A stretch of 40,909 nt of DNA from Planctomycetota bacterium (GTDB taxonomy: Bacteria; Planctomycetota; SZUA-567; H5-PLA8). A program made the translations under genes and the position numbers. Below, piece by piece: positions 26,793 to 35,753 of this stretch. Every line of letters begins with the position of its first letter. The first letter of the stretch is position 1. The notes below the pieces were generated by a model. The model searched no databases. It was not told the origin of the DNA and saw only the letters and a program-made list of their open reading frames with translations. The stretch is taken from the NCBI GenBank assembly GCA_045863855.1, contig BTVV01000048.1, positions 1-40,909 of the forward strand, given 5' to 3'.

Positions 26793-27949
26793 GCCGGGGC
26801 CGCGAAGCGCCGCAGCGCCTCGGACTGGGGCGTAACGCCCCAGCCCGGGTCGGCGGGCAGATCGAACGCGCCGTCCCGCGCGCTCAAGGCCGGATGCGTC
26901 AGCGCTTCGCGCAGCGGATTCAGGAACCGGTTGGCTTCGAAGAGTCCTTCACCCGGCAGCGCGGCGAGAACATGCAGCGAAGCGGCAAGGGTGATCCCCG
27001 CGCCGACACCGTGCAACGCCAGGCGCACGCCGTGCTCGCGCGCGCAGGCGGCGGCGGATCGCACGGCGCCGATCCCGCCGCAGCGGCTCACGTTGGGCGT
27101 CAGCACGTCCACGGCGCCGCGCTCGACGAGCGCGCGCAACCCGGCGGGGCAGAATTCGTGCTCGCCCGCCGCCAGCAGTACCGGGCTGTTGCGCTTCACG
27201 CGAACGAGCGCCTCCCAATCGTCCGGAGCGACGGGTTCTTCAAGCCACGCGATCCGCAGCGGTTCGACGGCTTGCGCGAGTCTGATGGCCTCTTCGACGC
27301 CGTACGCGCCGTTGGCGTCGAGCATCAAATCGGTTTGCGGTCCCAGCGCTGCGCGGACCGCCTCCGCGTGCGCGCGGTCGATCTCCACGCCGCGCCCGAC
27401 TTTAAGCTTCACACCGCGGAACCCTTGCTCCACAAAGTCGCGCGCCGCAGCGGCGCTCTGTTCGGGCCGCTCCAGAAACGGGACCGGACTGGCGTAGCAC
27501 TCGACCCGTTCGCGCGCCTGCGGATTCAGCATCTGCGCCACCGGCTTTCCGGCGCGCCGGCCGGCCAGATCCCAAAGTGCGAGTTCAATCCCGCTGATCG
27601 CTTCGGGCAAGAAACCCTTGTCGTGCCCGTACTGCCGTGCGCAGGTCCAGAGCAACTCCGCGCACGCGTCCACGGGTTCCGCGGCGGCGGTTCTCAGAAT
27701 AGGCGCGAGAAGTTTTTCGATCAGAAGCGCCGACGCCTGCGGAAGCGGCAGGCCCCAACTCTCGCCCCACCCTTCGTAGCCCTCGGTGTCGCGCACGCGG
27801 ACCAGCGTGCTGGCCTGCCCGAGACGCGGCAGCGTCCGAAAATGCGCCGCGGGCTGGCTGAATGCCGGCGGCACGTGTTGCGCCCCGCCGAAGTGGTCCG
27901 CGAAGCGCGCTTCCAGTGCAAAGGCTTCGAGGGCTACGATGCGGCTCAT
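26789..27949 (-). CDS. Mandelate racemase/muconate lactonizing enzyme family (enolase superfamily)
   Basis: EGWGES, ISGIELALWDLAGR, KLKVG, MLDANG, WLEEP, AAGE, PGWGV. Confidence 0.9.
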   Translation of the reverse strand: MSRIVALEAFALEARFADHFGGAQHVPPAFSQPAAHFRTLPRLGQASTLVRVRDTEGYEGWGESWGLPLPQASALLIEKLLAPILRTAAAEPVDACAELLWTCARQYGHDKGFLPEAISGIELALWDLAGRRAGKPVAQMLNPQARERVECYASPVPFLERPEQSAAAARDFVEQGFRGVKLKVGRGVEIDRAHAEAVRAALGPQTDLMLDANGAYGVEEAIRLAQAVEPLRIAWLEEPVAPDDWEALVRVKRNSPVLLAAGEHEFCPAGLRALVERGAVDVLTPNVSRCGGIGAVRSAAACAREHGVRLALHGVGAGITLAASLHVLAALPGEGLFEANRFLNPLREALTHPALSARDGAFDLPADPGWGVTPQSEALRRFAAPA

Positions 27950-28770
27950 ACGGACGCCTCGCAGACGGCCGCGGGCTCGAGCCCGAATTCTTCCGCCACC
28001 GTACGCTTCGGCATCGGGTAGCTGTCGCGGTCGCCTTTGGGGCGGCGCAGGAAATACTTCAGCCAGCTTCCCTCCGGCATCCGCGCGAAGGCCGCGTCGT
28101 ACAGATCGTTGTCGCCCTGCGTGTGCGCCGAACTGCCCGTCGCGAAACTCGCGAAGAGGCAGCGCCGCACGTACGGCAGCCGGTTGGTCGAACCGTGATT
28201 CATATCGTGGCTGAAGATCAGCGCGTTGCCGGCCTTGAGTGGGAGACGCCGGCGCAACGGCTCCACCGCGCGTTCGTCGGCCGGCATCGGAAAGTTCGCC
28301 TTATGGCTGCCCGGCACCACTTCCAGCGCGCCGCCGTCGAGCGGCACGTCGTTGAGCGCGTAGCAGACGGTGACCAGACTGGCGCAGACGCGCTGCTGAA
28401 AGATGTACGCTTCGACCGGATTGTAAGGCGTGTGGTTGCTGTGGAAGCCGATTCCGCCGCCTTGCGCTTTGAAGTCGAGCCAGGTGCTCTTCAGGCGCGG
28501 CAGCACCACGAGGTCCACGATCCGCGCCAAGACCTGCGGTGAAAGCGCCACATGCAGAAAAGTTTCGTCGTCGTTGACGATCCGGTCGAAGCGGCACGCG
28601 CGGCGTGGCGCTTCGCCCGATTCCGGCGTTTGTCCCGGATGCATCAGTTTCGCGCGTTCTTCCCAGATGGCCGCGCGCGCCTGGGCTTCGGCAAGTAGCT
28701 GAGGATCGACGGCGTTCTCCACCACCAAGTATCCGTTCAGATCGAAGGCGTACAGTTCTTCGGGCGACAT
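27946..28770 (-). CDS. Phytanoyl-CoA dioxygenase (PhyH) family Fe(II)/2-oxoglutarate oxygenase
   Basis: FDLNGYLVVENA, YALNDV..DGGALEVVPGSHK, KAGNALIF..HGS, RR. Confidence 0.85.
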   Translation of the reverse strand: MSPEELYAFDLNGYLVVENAVDPQLLAEAQARAAIWEERAKLMHPGQTPESGEAPRRACRFDRIVNDDETFLHVALSPQVLARIVDLVVLPRLKSTWLDFKAQGGGIGFHSNHTPYNPVEAYIFQQRVCASLVTVCYALNDVPLDGGALEVVPGSHKANFPMPADERAVEPLRRRLPLKAGNALIFSHDMNHGSTNRLPYVRRCLFASFATGSSAHTQGDNDLYDAAFARMPEGSWLKYFLRRPKGDRDSYPMPKRTVAEEFGLEPAAVCEASV

Positions 28771-28774
28771 GCGA

Positions 28775-29461
28775 TTATCCTTTCGCGGTCAGGTCGAATT
28801 TGCGCAAGTCGTCGGCGATGGCTTCGGCCGCCGCCTGCAACCGCGCGACCAGCGCCGGAACGTCGGGCGACTGGCGCGAGAGCCCCAAAGCCGCGACGGC
28901 CGGCGCGCCGATGGGCACCGCGAGCGAGACTTCGCCGTTGGGGAAATCCAGCCGCGCATAACCGGCCGCGCGCAGAGCGGATCGGTCTGTTCCGCGCGGC
29001 CCGCGTTCTTCGCCCCAAGCCTGCAGCGCCAAGCCCAGGCTGCTGCGTTCCGCAGGAATCAAGTCGTGCGCGCCGATGCTTTCTTCCAGACTCCGGCCGG
29101 GCCGCGCATGGAGCAGGTAACAGACCTGCGCCCGCCACAGTACGCCCAGCGCCACCGTCGTCTGGCGGTCGCGTAAAGCCGCCAGATGCGGCATCGCCGC
29201 GGCCAACAGTCCCGATCCGCGCAGCGCCTGGGCGGCCAGCACGTGAATCCCGGCGCCCGGACCGTACTTGCCTTCGGCCGTTCGCCGCACCACGCCCAGA
29301 TGGCCCAGTGTGCCGAGCAGGCGGTTCACGCGGGTGTGCTCCATCTCCAATTCGCGCGCCAACTCGCGGCTTCCTACGGCGCCGCCGCGGGCCAGGAGCG
29401 CCTGGAGCACCGCCAGCCCGTGCATAAGGCTCTGGTTGGGTTGTGCGGGCGTCTTAGGCAT
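28775..29461 (-). CDS. IclR family transcriptional regulator
   Basis: NQSLMHGLAVLQAL, ELARELEMEHTRVNRLLGTL HTH, SSLGLAL, SLAVPI. Confidence 0.88.
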   Translation of the reverse strand: MPKTPAQPNQSLMHGLAVLQALLARGGAVGSRELARELEMEHTRVNRLLGTLGHLGVVRRTAEGKYGPGAGIHVLAAQALRGSGLLAAAMPHLAALRDRQTTVALGVLWRAQVCYLLHARPGRSLEESIGAHDLIPAERSSLGLALQAWGEERGPRGTDRSALRAAGYARLDFPNGEVSLAVPIGAPAVAALGLSRQSPDVPALVARLQAAAEAIADDLRKFDLTAKG

Positions 29462-29496
29462 GGTGCTATAATAGCACCATCGGGTGCGCCTGTCAA
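29460..29496 (-). promoter_or_regulatory. Leaderless sigma70 promoter overlapping a 21-bp palindrome (likely IclR operator)
   Basis: Minus strand TTGACA (29491-29496), 17 nt, TATTAT (29468-29473), 6 nt, ATG; palindrome ATGGTGCTAT-A-ATAGCACCAT at 29460-29480. Confidence 0.75.
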
Positions 29497-29666
29497 GGCC
29501 TTTGCGGAAAGTGGGGACTTCCCCTTCGATCTTTACGTGCTGCACACATCGAGGCGGGGAAAATAGTTTTCGGGCGCTCGCTGCATTGCGAAAATCGTCA
29601 GGAGCGTTAGTCTCACGCCGCTCGGCGCCCTTTTCACGCATTCACGGACCGGACTTCGGAGCATTC

Positions 29667-30920
29667 ATGGCCACTGCAAAAAAGGCCCGCCCCGCGGCGG
29701 CAAATCGCGACGATTCGATCATGCGCTGCTCCACGCCCGGCGACCAGGCGACGCTGGATCCCGCGCAGTGGGTGGTCTCGGCGGTGCACAAGACACCGGC
29801 CTCGGTGATGAAGTTGGGGCTGCCCAAGCGCATCCGCGCGTTGATCCGCCTGCACGGGAGCTCGCTGCTGGTAATCGATAAAGCCGCGCTGATCGCCGAG
29901 TACCAGCGCTTCAAGCGCTTGCTCCCGCGCGTCGAGCTGTACTACGCGATCAAGGCCAACCCGCATCCGGACATCATCAAGACCTTCCGCGATCTAGGCG
30001 GCTGCTACGACGTCGCCAGCGAAGGCGAGATGCGCCACGTCCTAGCGCAGGGCGTCAAGCCTTCTCGGATTATCTTCGCGAACACGATCAAGCGGCCGGA
30101 AGCGCTGCAGTACGCGCGCAAGGCCAAGGTCAACTTCGCAACCTTCGACAACGAACCCGAACTGTACAAGATCGCCAAGTACGCGCCGGGCTGCCGCGTC
30201 CTGGCGCGATTGAAAGTAAGCAACCTGGGCAGCATCGTGGAACTCTCGCTCAAGTTCGGCGCCGACCAGGAGCAGATCGTTCCGATGCTCGCCAAGGCCC
30301 GCGCGCTGGGCCTCAAGCCCGAAGGGGTAAGCTTCCACGTGGGTTCGCAGTGCACCAACTTCGAGAACTACCAGCGCGCGCTGGAGGTTTCCGCGGGGAT
30401 CATGCGCGAATGCAAGGACCGCGGACTGCCGTTCAAGACGCTGGATATCGGCGGCGGCTTCCCGATCAAGCACTTCAAGCACGATACGTGCAGCCTCGAG
30501 AGCTTCGCCAACCAGATGCGCCGCGAACTGAACCGGCTCTTCCCGCAGGAGGTCACGATCATCGCCGAACCCGGGCGCGCGCTCTGCGGCCCCGCCGGGA
30601 TGCTGATCACGCGCGTCGTCGGGCGCTCGATCCGCAACAACAAGAACTACTACTACCTCGACGACGGCGTCTACGGAGACTTCTCCGGAATCGTCTTCGA
30701 CCACTGCAAGTACGAGTTCCGCACGCTGAAGAAGACGCAAAAGTTCTTCAGCATCCTGGGCGGCCCGACATGCGACTCGTTCGACACCATTTCGCTAAGC
30801 GAAGAACTGCCCGAGCTGGATGTCGGCGACGTGGTCTACGTGCCGAACATCGGCGCGTACAGTTGCGCCAGCGCGCTGACGTTCAACGGCATCAAGCCGG
30901 CCAAGGTGATGGTGATCTGA
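29667..30920 (+). CDS. Fold-type III PLP decarboxylase, ornithine/lysine decarboxylase type
   Basis: YAIKAN (PLP lysine), DVASEGE, KFGA, FHVGSQ, DIGGGF, EPGR, GPTCDS, GAY; GGAG RBS. Confidence 0.9.
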   Translation: MATAKKARPAAANRDDSIMRCSTPGDQATLDPAQWVVSAVHKTPASVMKLGLPKRIRALIRLHGSSLLVIDKAALIAEYQRFKRLLPRVELYYAIKANPHPDIIKTFRDLGGCYDVASEGEMRHVLAQGVKPSRIIFANTIKRPEALQYARKAKVNFATFDNEPELYKIAKYAPGCRVLARLKVSNLGSIVELSLKFGADQEQIVPMLAKARALGLKPEGVSFHVGSQCTNFENYQRALEVSAGIMRECKDRGLPFKTLDIGGGFPIKHFKHDTCSLESFANQMRRELNRLFPQEVTIIAEPGRALCGPAGMLITRVVGRSIRNNKNYYYLDDGVYGDFSGIVFDHCKYEFRTLKKTQKFFSILGGPTCDSFDTISLSEELPELDVGDVVYVPNIGAYSCASALTFNGIKPAKVMVI

Positions 30921-30936
30921 CCGAAAGGGCGCGGGC

Positions 30937-32382
30937 TTACAGGCTTCGCGCCACGAAGGTCGAAAACTGCCAGCAGTCTTCGTCCTTCGGCCGGGGACCG
31001 TGCGCGGCCAAACCCTTCCAGTGGTCGAGCGGCGTCCAGTCCACTGCCTTCGAATAAAACGGGCCGAGGTACGGCTTCGCGTCGCCCAGAATCTCCTCGT
31101 GCGGCAGCGCGTCGGGCAGCTTCACGCCTTCGCGCGGATTGCGGATCATCCACTTCACGGCGCCCAGGATCGAGGCGGCGACCTGCAGCGTGGTGGCGTT
31201 CTGCCCCGGCGCGAGCTTGCGGGTTTCGTGAATGTCCAGCAGCGAGCCGATCCACCAGCTCTTGTAGTCGTGGCCCATCAGCAAGCAGCCCAGTTCGTCG
31301 CGCCCTTCGACGATGTCGTCGTTCAGCAGCCGCTGCACGGGCTGCATCTCGTAGTTGCGCATGCGCAGTTCGTGCAGGCTGTTGATCGCTCCGTCGCAAG
31401 GGCAGTACGCGTAATGGACCGTGGGCCGGTAGATCGCCACGCCGTCCTGCTCCACCGTCAGGTACTCGCTGATCGAGAACGCTTCGCCGTGGCGCACCAC
31501 CATGCCCGTGATTTCGCCGCAGGGAACCCAACTGCGCACCCACGTGTTGATCCCGAACTGTTCGAGGCAGATCTGATTGCGCGGACCTTCGCGGTGGACG
31601 TGCGCGCCCGGCGGGAGCGTTCTTTCGTGCGTGCCCCACCCCATTTCGGCCGGCGCGGTGCCTTCTTCGTAAAAGCCTTCGATGGACCACGTGTTGATGA
31701 ATTCGTTCTCGCGCTTGGGCTTATGCGAGATCTGCGTGTCGCGCTCGCTGATATGAATCGTCTTTACGCCCAGTTCGTGCGCCAAGCGGTTCCAGGCGCG
31801 GCCCTTCAGCGCCGCGTCGATCCGCTCGTACCGGGCGTCCTTTTTATGCTCGGCGATCCACTTCGTGCCGATCTCCTGCAGTGCCTGCTTGGTGAAGTGC
31901 TGCACCAGTCCCGGATTGGCGCCGTGATCCAGCACCGCGGTCGGTCCCTTCGGATCCTTCCAGCCGGCCATCATCTTGCGCATCGACATGTGCCGGACGT
32001 ACAGCGTCCGCTCGGTCGGCGGCTTGTCGGCCGCGCCTTCGTACGGATCCCACAGTTCGACGGAAGTGTTCATGTAAAGCACGCCGTGGTCGTGGCACCA
32101 CTGCACGATATCGTTGCAACCGATGTTCCAGGCCAGATCGAGTACCAAATCCCCGGCGCCGACGTACGTGCTCAAAATCTCGCCCATGTTTTCGCGCGTC
32201 ACGCGGCCCTGCACGAACGCCGCGCCGAGCTCCCGCACGCGCCGAACCTGTTGTTCGTCTTCGGCGAAATCGAGGACCGTGTAGTTCTTGGGCGGCGTCG
32301 GGAGGTGCTTGAACAACAGCGGCAGCGTACACCGCGAAACGCCGCCCAGGCCGATCACCAGGATCTTGCCGTTGAAGGTCAT
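30937..32382 (-). CDS. hss: Homospermidine synthase
   Basis: GLGGV Rossmann start, HGANPGLV, HISERDTQ, NTWSIEGFYEEG.APAEMGWGTHE, YRPTVHYAY, NATTLQVA. Confidence 0.93.
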   Translation of the reverse strand: MTFNGKILVIGLGGVSRCTLPLLFKHLPTPPKNYTVLDFAEDEQQVRRVRELGAAFVQGRVTRENMGEILSTYVGAGDLVLDLAWNIGCNDIVQWCHDHGVLYMNTSVELWDPYEGAADKPPTERTLYVRHMSMRKMMAGWKDPKGPTAVLDHGANPGLVQHFTKQALQEIGTKWIAEHKKDARYERIDAALKGRAWNRLAHELGVKTIHISERDTQISHKPKRENEFINTWSIEGFYEEGTAPAEMGWGTHERTLPPGAHVHREGPRNQICLEQFGINTWVRSWVPCGEITGMVVRHGEAFSISEYLTVEQDGVAIYRPTVHYAYCPCDGAINSLHELRMRNYEMQPVQRLLNDDIVEGRDELGCLLMGHDYKSWWIGSLLDIHETRKLAPGQNATTLQVAASILGAVKWMIRNPREGVKLPDALPHEEILGDAKPYLGPFYSKAVDWTPLDHWKGLAAHGPRPKDEDCWQFSTFVARSL

Positions 32383-32587
32383 CTTTTCCGCCGTCCTTCC
32401 TGAAGCGCTACGGATAGCCCCGCCGAATCTTCCGGCACAGGCCGCGCGGCGCGCGCACGCCGCTTGATCGCTCGAACGCCTTGGGTGGCCCGTGCCGGGT
32501 CAAAACCCTACGCTCGGCGCCGCCATCTTCAAGAAATTTTGAGGCAGGATTCGAAATCGATCCGAAATTATGAAGCCGCGGGAAAGA

Positions 32588-33922
32588 TCAGCGCAGCGTA
32601 TGGACGCGTACGCCCTCTGCTCCGGACTTTCCGTTCTCGCTGAACCAGGTCAGATCCAGCGCCTCGGCGTCCGGGAAAATCTGGGCCGAAAAGACCGTCG
32701 CCCCGTCGTCGAAGAAGGCTTCCACCGATCCGCGGTCGACGAAGAGGCGCAGCGTGTAGCGCTTCTTGCGGCCCAGGACCCCGTAATAGCCCCGGGTAAG
32801 CCTGCCGCCGGAGCGTTCCCGATCGAAGAACAGGCCGCCGGCCACGCCGTCGTAGCCCACCCGCGTCTCCTGCGCGCCGGACGCGCGAAGCCTGAAACCG
32901 CAGCGGTCCCATTCCTCGGGCAGCAGTGTGGCTTCCAGTTCGTACGCATCGCCTCGGTAAAACGCCCGCCCGGAAATCGCCTCGGCATCCGACGGCTTCA
33001 GCGTCTGCGCGCGCAAAAACGTCAGTTCGCGCACCGGGCGCTGGATCAGCCTCAGCCCGCGCTCGGCGCTCGGCACCAGCGAAAGTTCGCGCGGGATGCT
33101 CATCACGCCTCGTGCGCCGAAGTCGGGCACTTCGCGCGCGTAGCGCCAATGGTTCAGCCAGCCGATCCAGACGCGTCGGCCGTCCGGAGCATGCTCCCAG
33201 CTCTGCGTGGCGTAAAAATCCGGCCCGTAGTCCACCCTATGCGGCCCGCCTTCCGCCGCGAAGGACGTCCCGTCGAAGCGGCCCACCGCGTAGCGGTAAC
33301 CGCCCAGGCTGAGCACCCACTTGGACTCGCCGCGCCCTTCCACTTCGAGCGGAAAGAGGTCCGGGCACTCGCTGGAGAATTCGGGGGCGCTCAGGAAAGT
33401 CCACTCGCGCAGATTCGCCGATGCGTACAGCTTGTGGGCCACTCCGACGATCATGATCCAGCGCCCGGTCTGCTCGTGCCAAAAGACTTTGGGGTCCCGG
33501 AAACTGCGCGTCGTATCGTCGCCCAGCACCGGATTGCCTGCGAACTTCGTCCAGGTCCGGCCGCGGTCGGAACTGTGCGCGAGACTCTGGCGCTCCGCGC
33601 CCGACGCGGCATGGTGCGTGAACGCCGCCACCAGCCCGCCTCCCGCGCCGAAGAAGCCCGAGGTGTTCTTCGCGTCGTCCACCGCGCAGCCCGACCAGAT
33701 CGAACCCAGCGCATCGGGTTCCAAAACCGCGGGCAGGTGCTCCCAGCGCGCCAGATCGCGGCTGACGGCATGACCCCAGTACATGCGCATCCCGTCGACG
33801 TTCACGTCCGGGCACCACTGGTAGAAAAGGTGGTACTCGCCGGCATGGTATACGAGGCCGTTGGGATCGTTCAGCCATCCCGTGGGCGGCGCTAAATGGT
33901 ACAGCGGTCGGTAGTCGGGCAT
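32588..33922 (-). CDS. Glycoside hydrolase family 32 (beta-fructosidase/levanase)
   Basis: WLNDPNG, WGHAVS, WSGC, FRDP, ECPDLF, DYGPDFYA, VDRGSVEAF; no signal peptide. Confidence 0.92.
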   Translation of the reverse strand: MPDYRPLYHLAPPTGWLNDPNGLVYHAGEYHLFYQWCPDVNVDGMRMYWGHAVSRDLARWEHLPAVLEPDALGSIWSGCAVDDAKNTSGFFGAGGGLVAAFTHHAASGAERQSLAHSSDRGRTWTKFAGNPVLGDDTTRSFRDPKVFWHEQTGRWIMIVGVAHKLYASANLREWTFLSAPEFSSECPDLFPLEVEGRGESKWVLSLGGYRYAVGRFDGTSFAAEGGPHRVDYGPDFYATQSWEHAPDGRRVWIGWLNHWRYAREVPDFGARGVMSIPRELSLVPSAERGLRLIQRPVRELTFLRAQTLKPSDAEAISGRAFYRGDAYELEATLLPEEWDRCGFRLRASGAQETRVGYDGVAGGLFFDRERSGGRLTRGYYGVLGRKKRYTLRLFVDRGSVEAFFDDGATVFSAQIFPDAEALDLTWFSENGKSGAEGVRVHTLR

Positions 33923-34036
33923 GACAGCTCCACAAATGGATCTGGATCGGTTCAGGCGATGCGGAGCTAGCATAGCAGATATGCGTTTGGCAGCGCGGTT
34001 GAACCAGAGGCGGGATCGATCGGGCCGGGCGGCAGG

Positions 34037-35521
34037 CTATTTCGGACGCGGGTTGTCCGCCCACTGGCCCTTGGTTCCTTCCCAGACCCATTTTCGACAC
34101 GGGCCTTCGCGTTTCAGTTCGGGGCCGTTGGCACGGTAAGCTTTCCACATGTCGGTCACGAACCCATCCCAGGCGCGGCCTTGAAAATCGTTCTTGCCGG
34201 GCCGTTTCTTGGCAATCTCGGCGTCTTCGGGACTCATCCAGCGGTCGCAGTAATCGAAGAACGCGTCGTGTTTCCAGGCGGGCGCCATCCCCAGCAGCCG
34301 CGCGGCCAGCGCTTCGCCGATCCAGGCGTTGGCGTTGCAGCAGACGCGGTAGCCTTCCGAGCGTTTATCCATTTCGTCCCAGGTTTGCGGATCCTTCTCT
34401 TCGTACGGCTGTCGCGGGCCGTGATGCGTGACCATCTGGAACAGGGCCGTCTGGCCGAAGAAGCTTTTGCCGTAGTACGTCTGCTGGTCTTCTTGAAAGT
34501 TGACGCGATCCGCAACGGTAAGCATATCCGGCTCGTCCAGCATCCAGCCCGCGAAGATGATGGGGAACTTACGCCCGCTGTAGTGCCCGCCGTCGGCCGT
34601 ATAGTTGAGGCCAATCTTGGTCATGCCGTGAAGGTCGATGCCCACCTGGACCAAACCGACGAGCAGCGGTTCCTTTTCCTGCGCGGAATGATTCAGCAGC
34701 AGGTGCAGGGCGCCCATGCTGACCACGCGGGCGAATTCGCGCCCGTAGTTGGGCCGGTTCAGATTCGGAGCCGTGGCCTGCTGCATCCAGGTGGCGCCGT
34801 ATTCGATCCAGGGGCGCGAAAAGTAGCCGATGTACTCTTCCAGCGGCGGCGCCGAATCGACGGGCTTCAATTGCAGCAGCCGCTCGCGCTTGAGCGCGCC
34901 TGCGCGGTAAAGCGGCTTGTCCACCCCGCCGTAGCACGGACGGAATGCATCGGCCGGCGGCGGTTCGGCCAGACACGTCAGCACCGCCGCGGTCTCCAGC
35001 ATGCTGCTCGATTTCTCGCCGTGCCCTTTCAGGAAATTCGGATTGGGAAACGTTTCGACGCTCTTGGTGGAAATGAGCGAACGCTGCGGCTCCAGCGTGT
35101 AAGGAAACGCGACGCTCAGTTCGGGAGCGTAGTTGCGCGCGCGCGAATCGAAGCCTTGCTTGCTGGAGGCCTGCAGCAGGACCATCGATCCGTTGCGCAT
35201 GCGGTTGTCGTCTTGCAGCGAAGCGTCTCCGAATTGATTCTTGTCGACCTTGGTGCGAGTTTCCGCCGCGGCCGGCCCGGGTGCAGGAGTTACCGAGACG
35301 ATGGTGACCGGGCCGAGCACCCACGGGTCGCCGTTGACGAAGACGCCACAGCGCGCTTCCCGATCGAAATGCCAGGTGATGCCGAATCGCGTAATGGAGG
35401 GGGCTTGTTTCACCGTCTCTGTCGCCTTGAATTCGGGCTCTTCTGCATGAACGGCGCACGTTAGAGCGCCCAGCGAGCCCAAAAGCGCCAAGAGTAAGGC
35501 GCCGCGCATTGCAATGGGCAT
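34037..35521 (-). CDS. Secreted hypothetical protein
   Basis: Signal peptide ending VHA-EE; AGGGAG RBS; motif-rich body (GITW, NGD.WV.GP, NYGRE, GGHYSGRK, FFDYCDRWM). Confidence 0.7.
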   Translation of the reverse strand: MPIAMRGALLLALLGSLGALTCAVHAEEPEFKATETVKQAPSITRFGITWHFDREARCGVFVNGDPWVLGPVTIVSVTPAPGPAAAETRTKVDKNQFGDASLQDDNRMRNGSMVLLQASSKQGFDSRARNYAPELSVAFPYTLEPQRSLISTKSVETFPNPNFLKGHGEKSSSMLETAAVLTCLAEPPPADAFRPCYGGVDKPLYRAGALKRERLLQLKPVDSAPPLEEYIGYFSRPWIEYGATWMQQATAPNLNRPNYGREFARVVSMGALHLLLNHSAQEKEPLLVGLVQVGIDLHGMTKIGLNYTADGGHYSGRKFPIIFAGWMLDEPDMLTVADRVNFQEDQQTYYGKSFFGQTALFQMVTHHGPRQPYEEKDPQTWDEMDKRSEGYRVCCNANAWIGEALAARLLGMAPAWKHDAFFDYCDRWMSPEDAEIAKKRPGKNDFQGRAWDGFVTDMWKAYRANGPELKREGPCRKWVWEGTKGQWADNPRPK

Positions 35522-35703
35522 GGCGAACTCCCTGAAGCCTTGCCGCACCGTCTCGGACAGATCTCCAGAGTCCGATACACCGCGCAAGTCAGCTCGCTAA
35601 TACGCCCGTATAAATAATTTTTATCAGCTCAAACTATTTGGTGGGTTTGGTCGATATTATTAGCAAATCGGACCCGACGACGCTCGGCCGAACCGCAAAC
35701 CTA

Positions 35704-35735
35704 CAGCCCTGCGGCGCGGTCGCGCCGCAGGGCTG
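35704..35735 (-). terminator. Strong hairpin after the 884-aa gene (probable terminator)
   Basis: CAGCCCTGCGGCGCG / CGCGCCGCAGGGCTG perfect 15-bp inverted repeat 18 nt past the stop; weak U tract (TAGGTTT). Confidence 0.55.
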
Positions 35736-35753
35736 CGTGAGCCGAATCTACTG

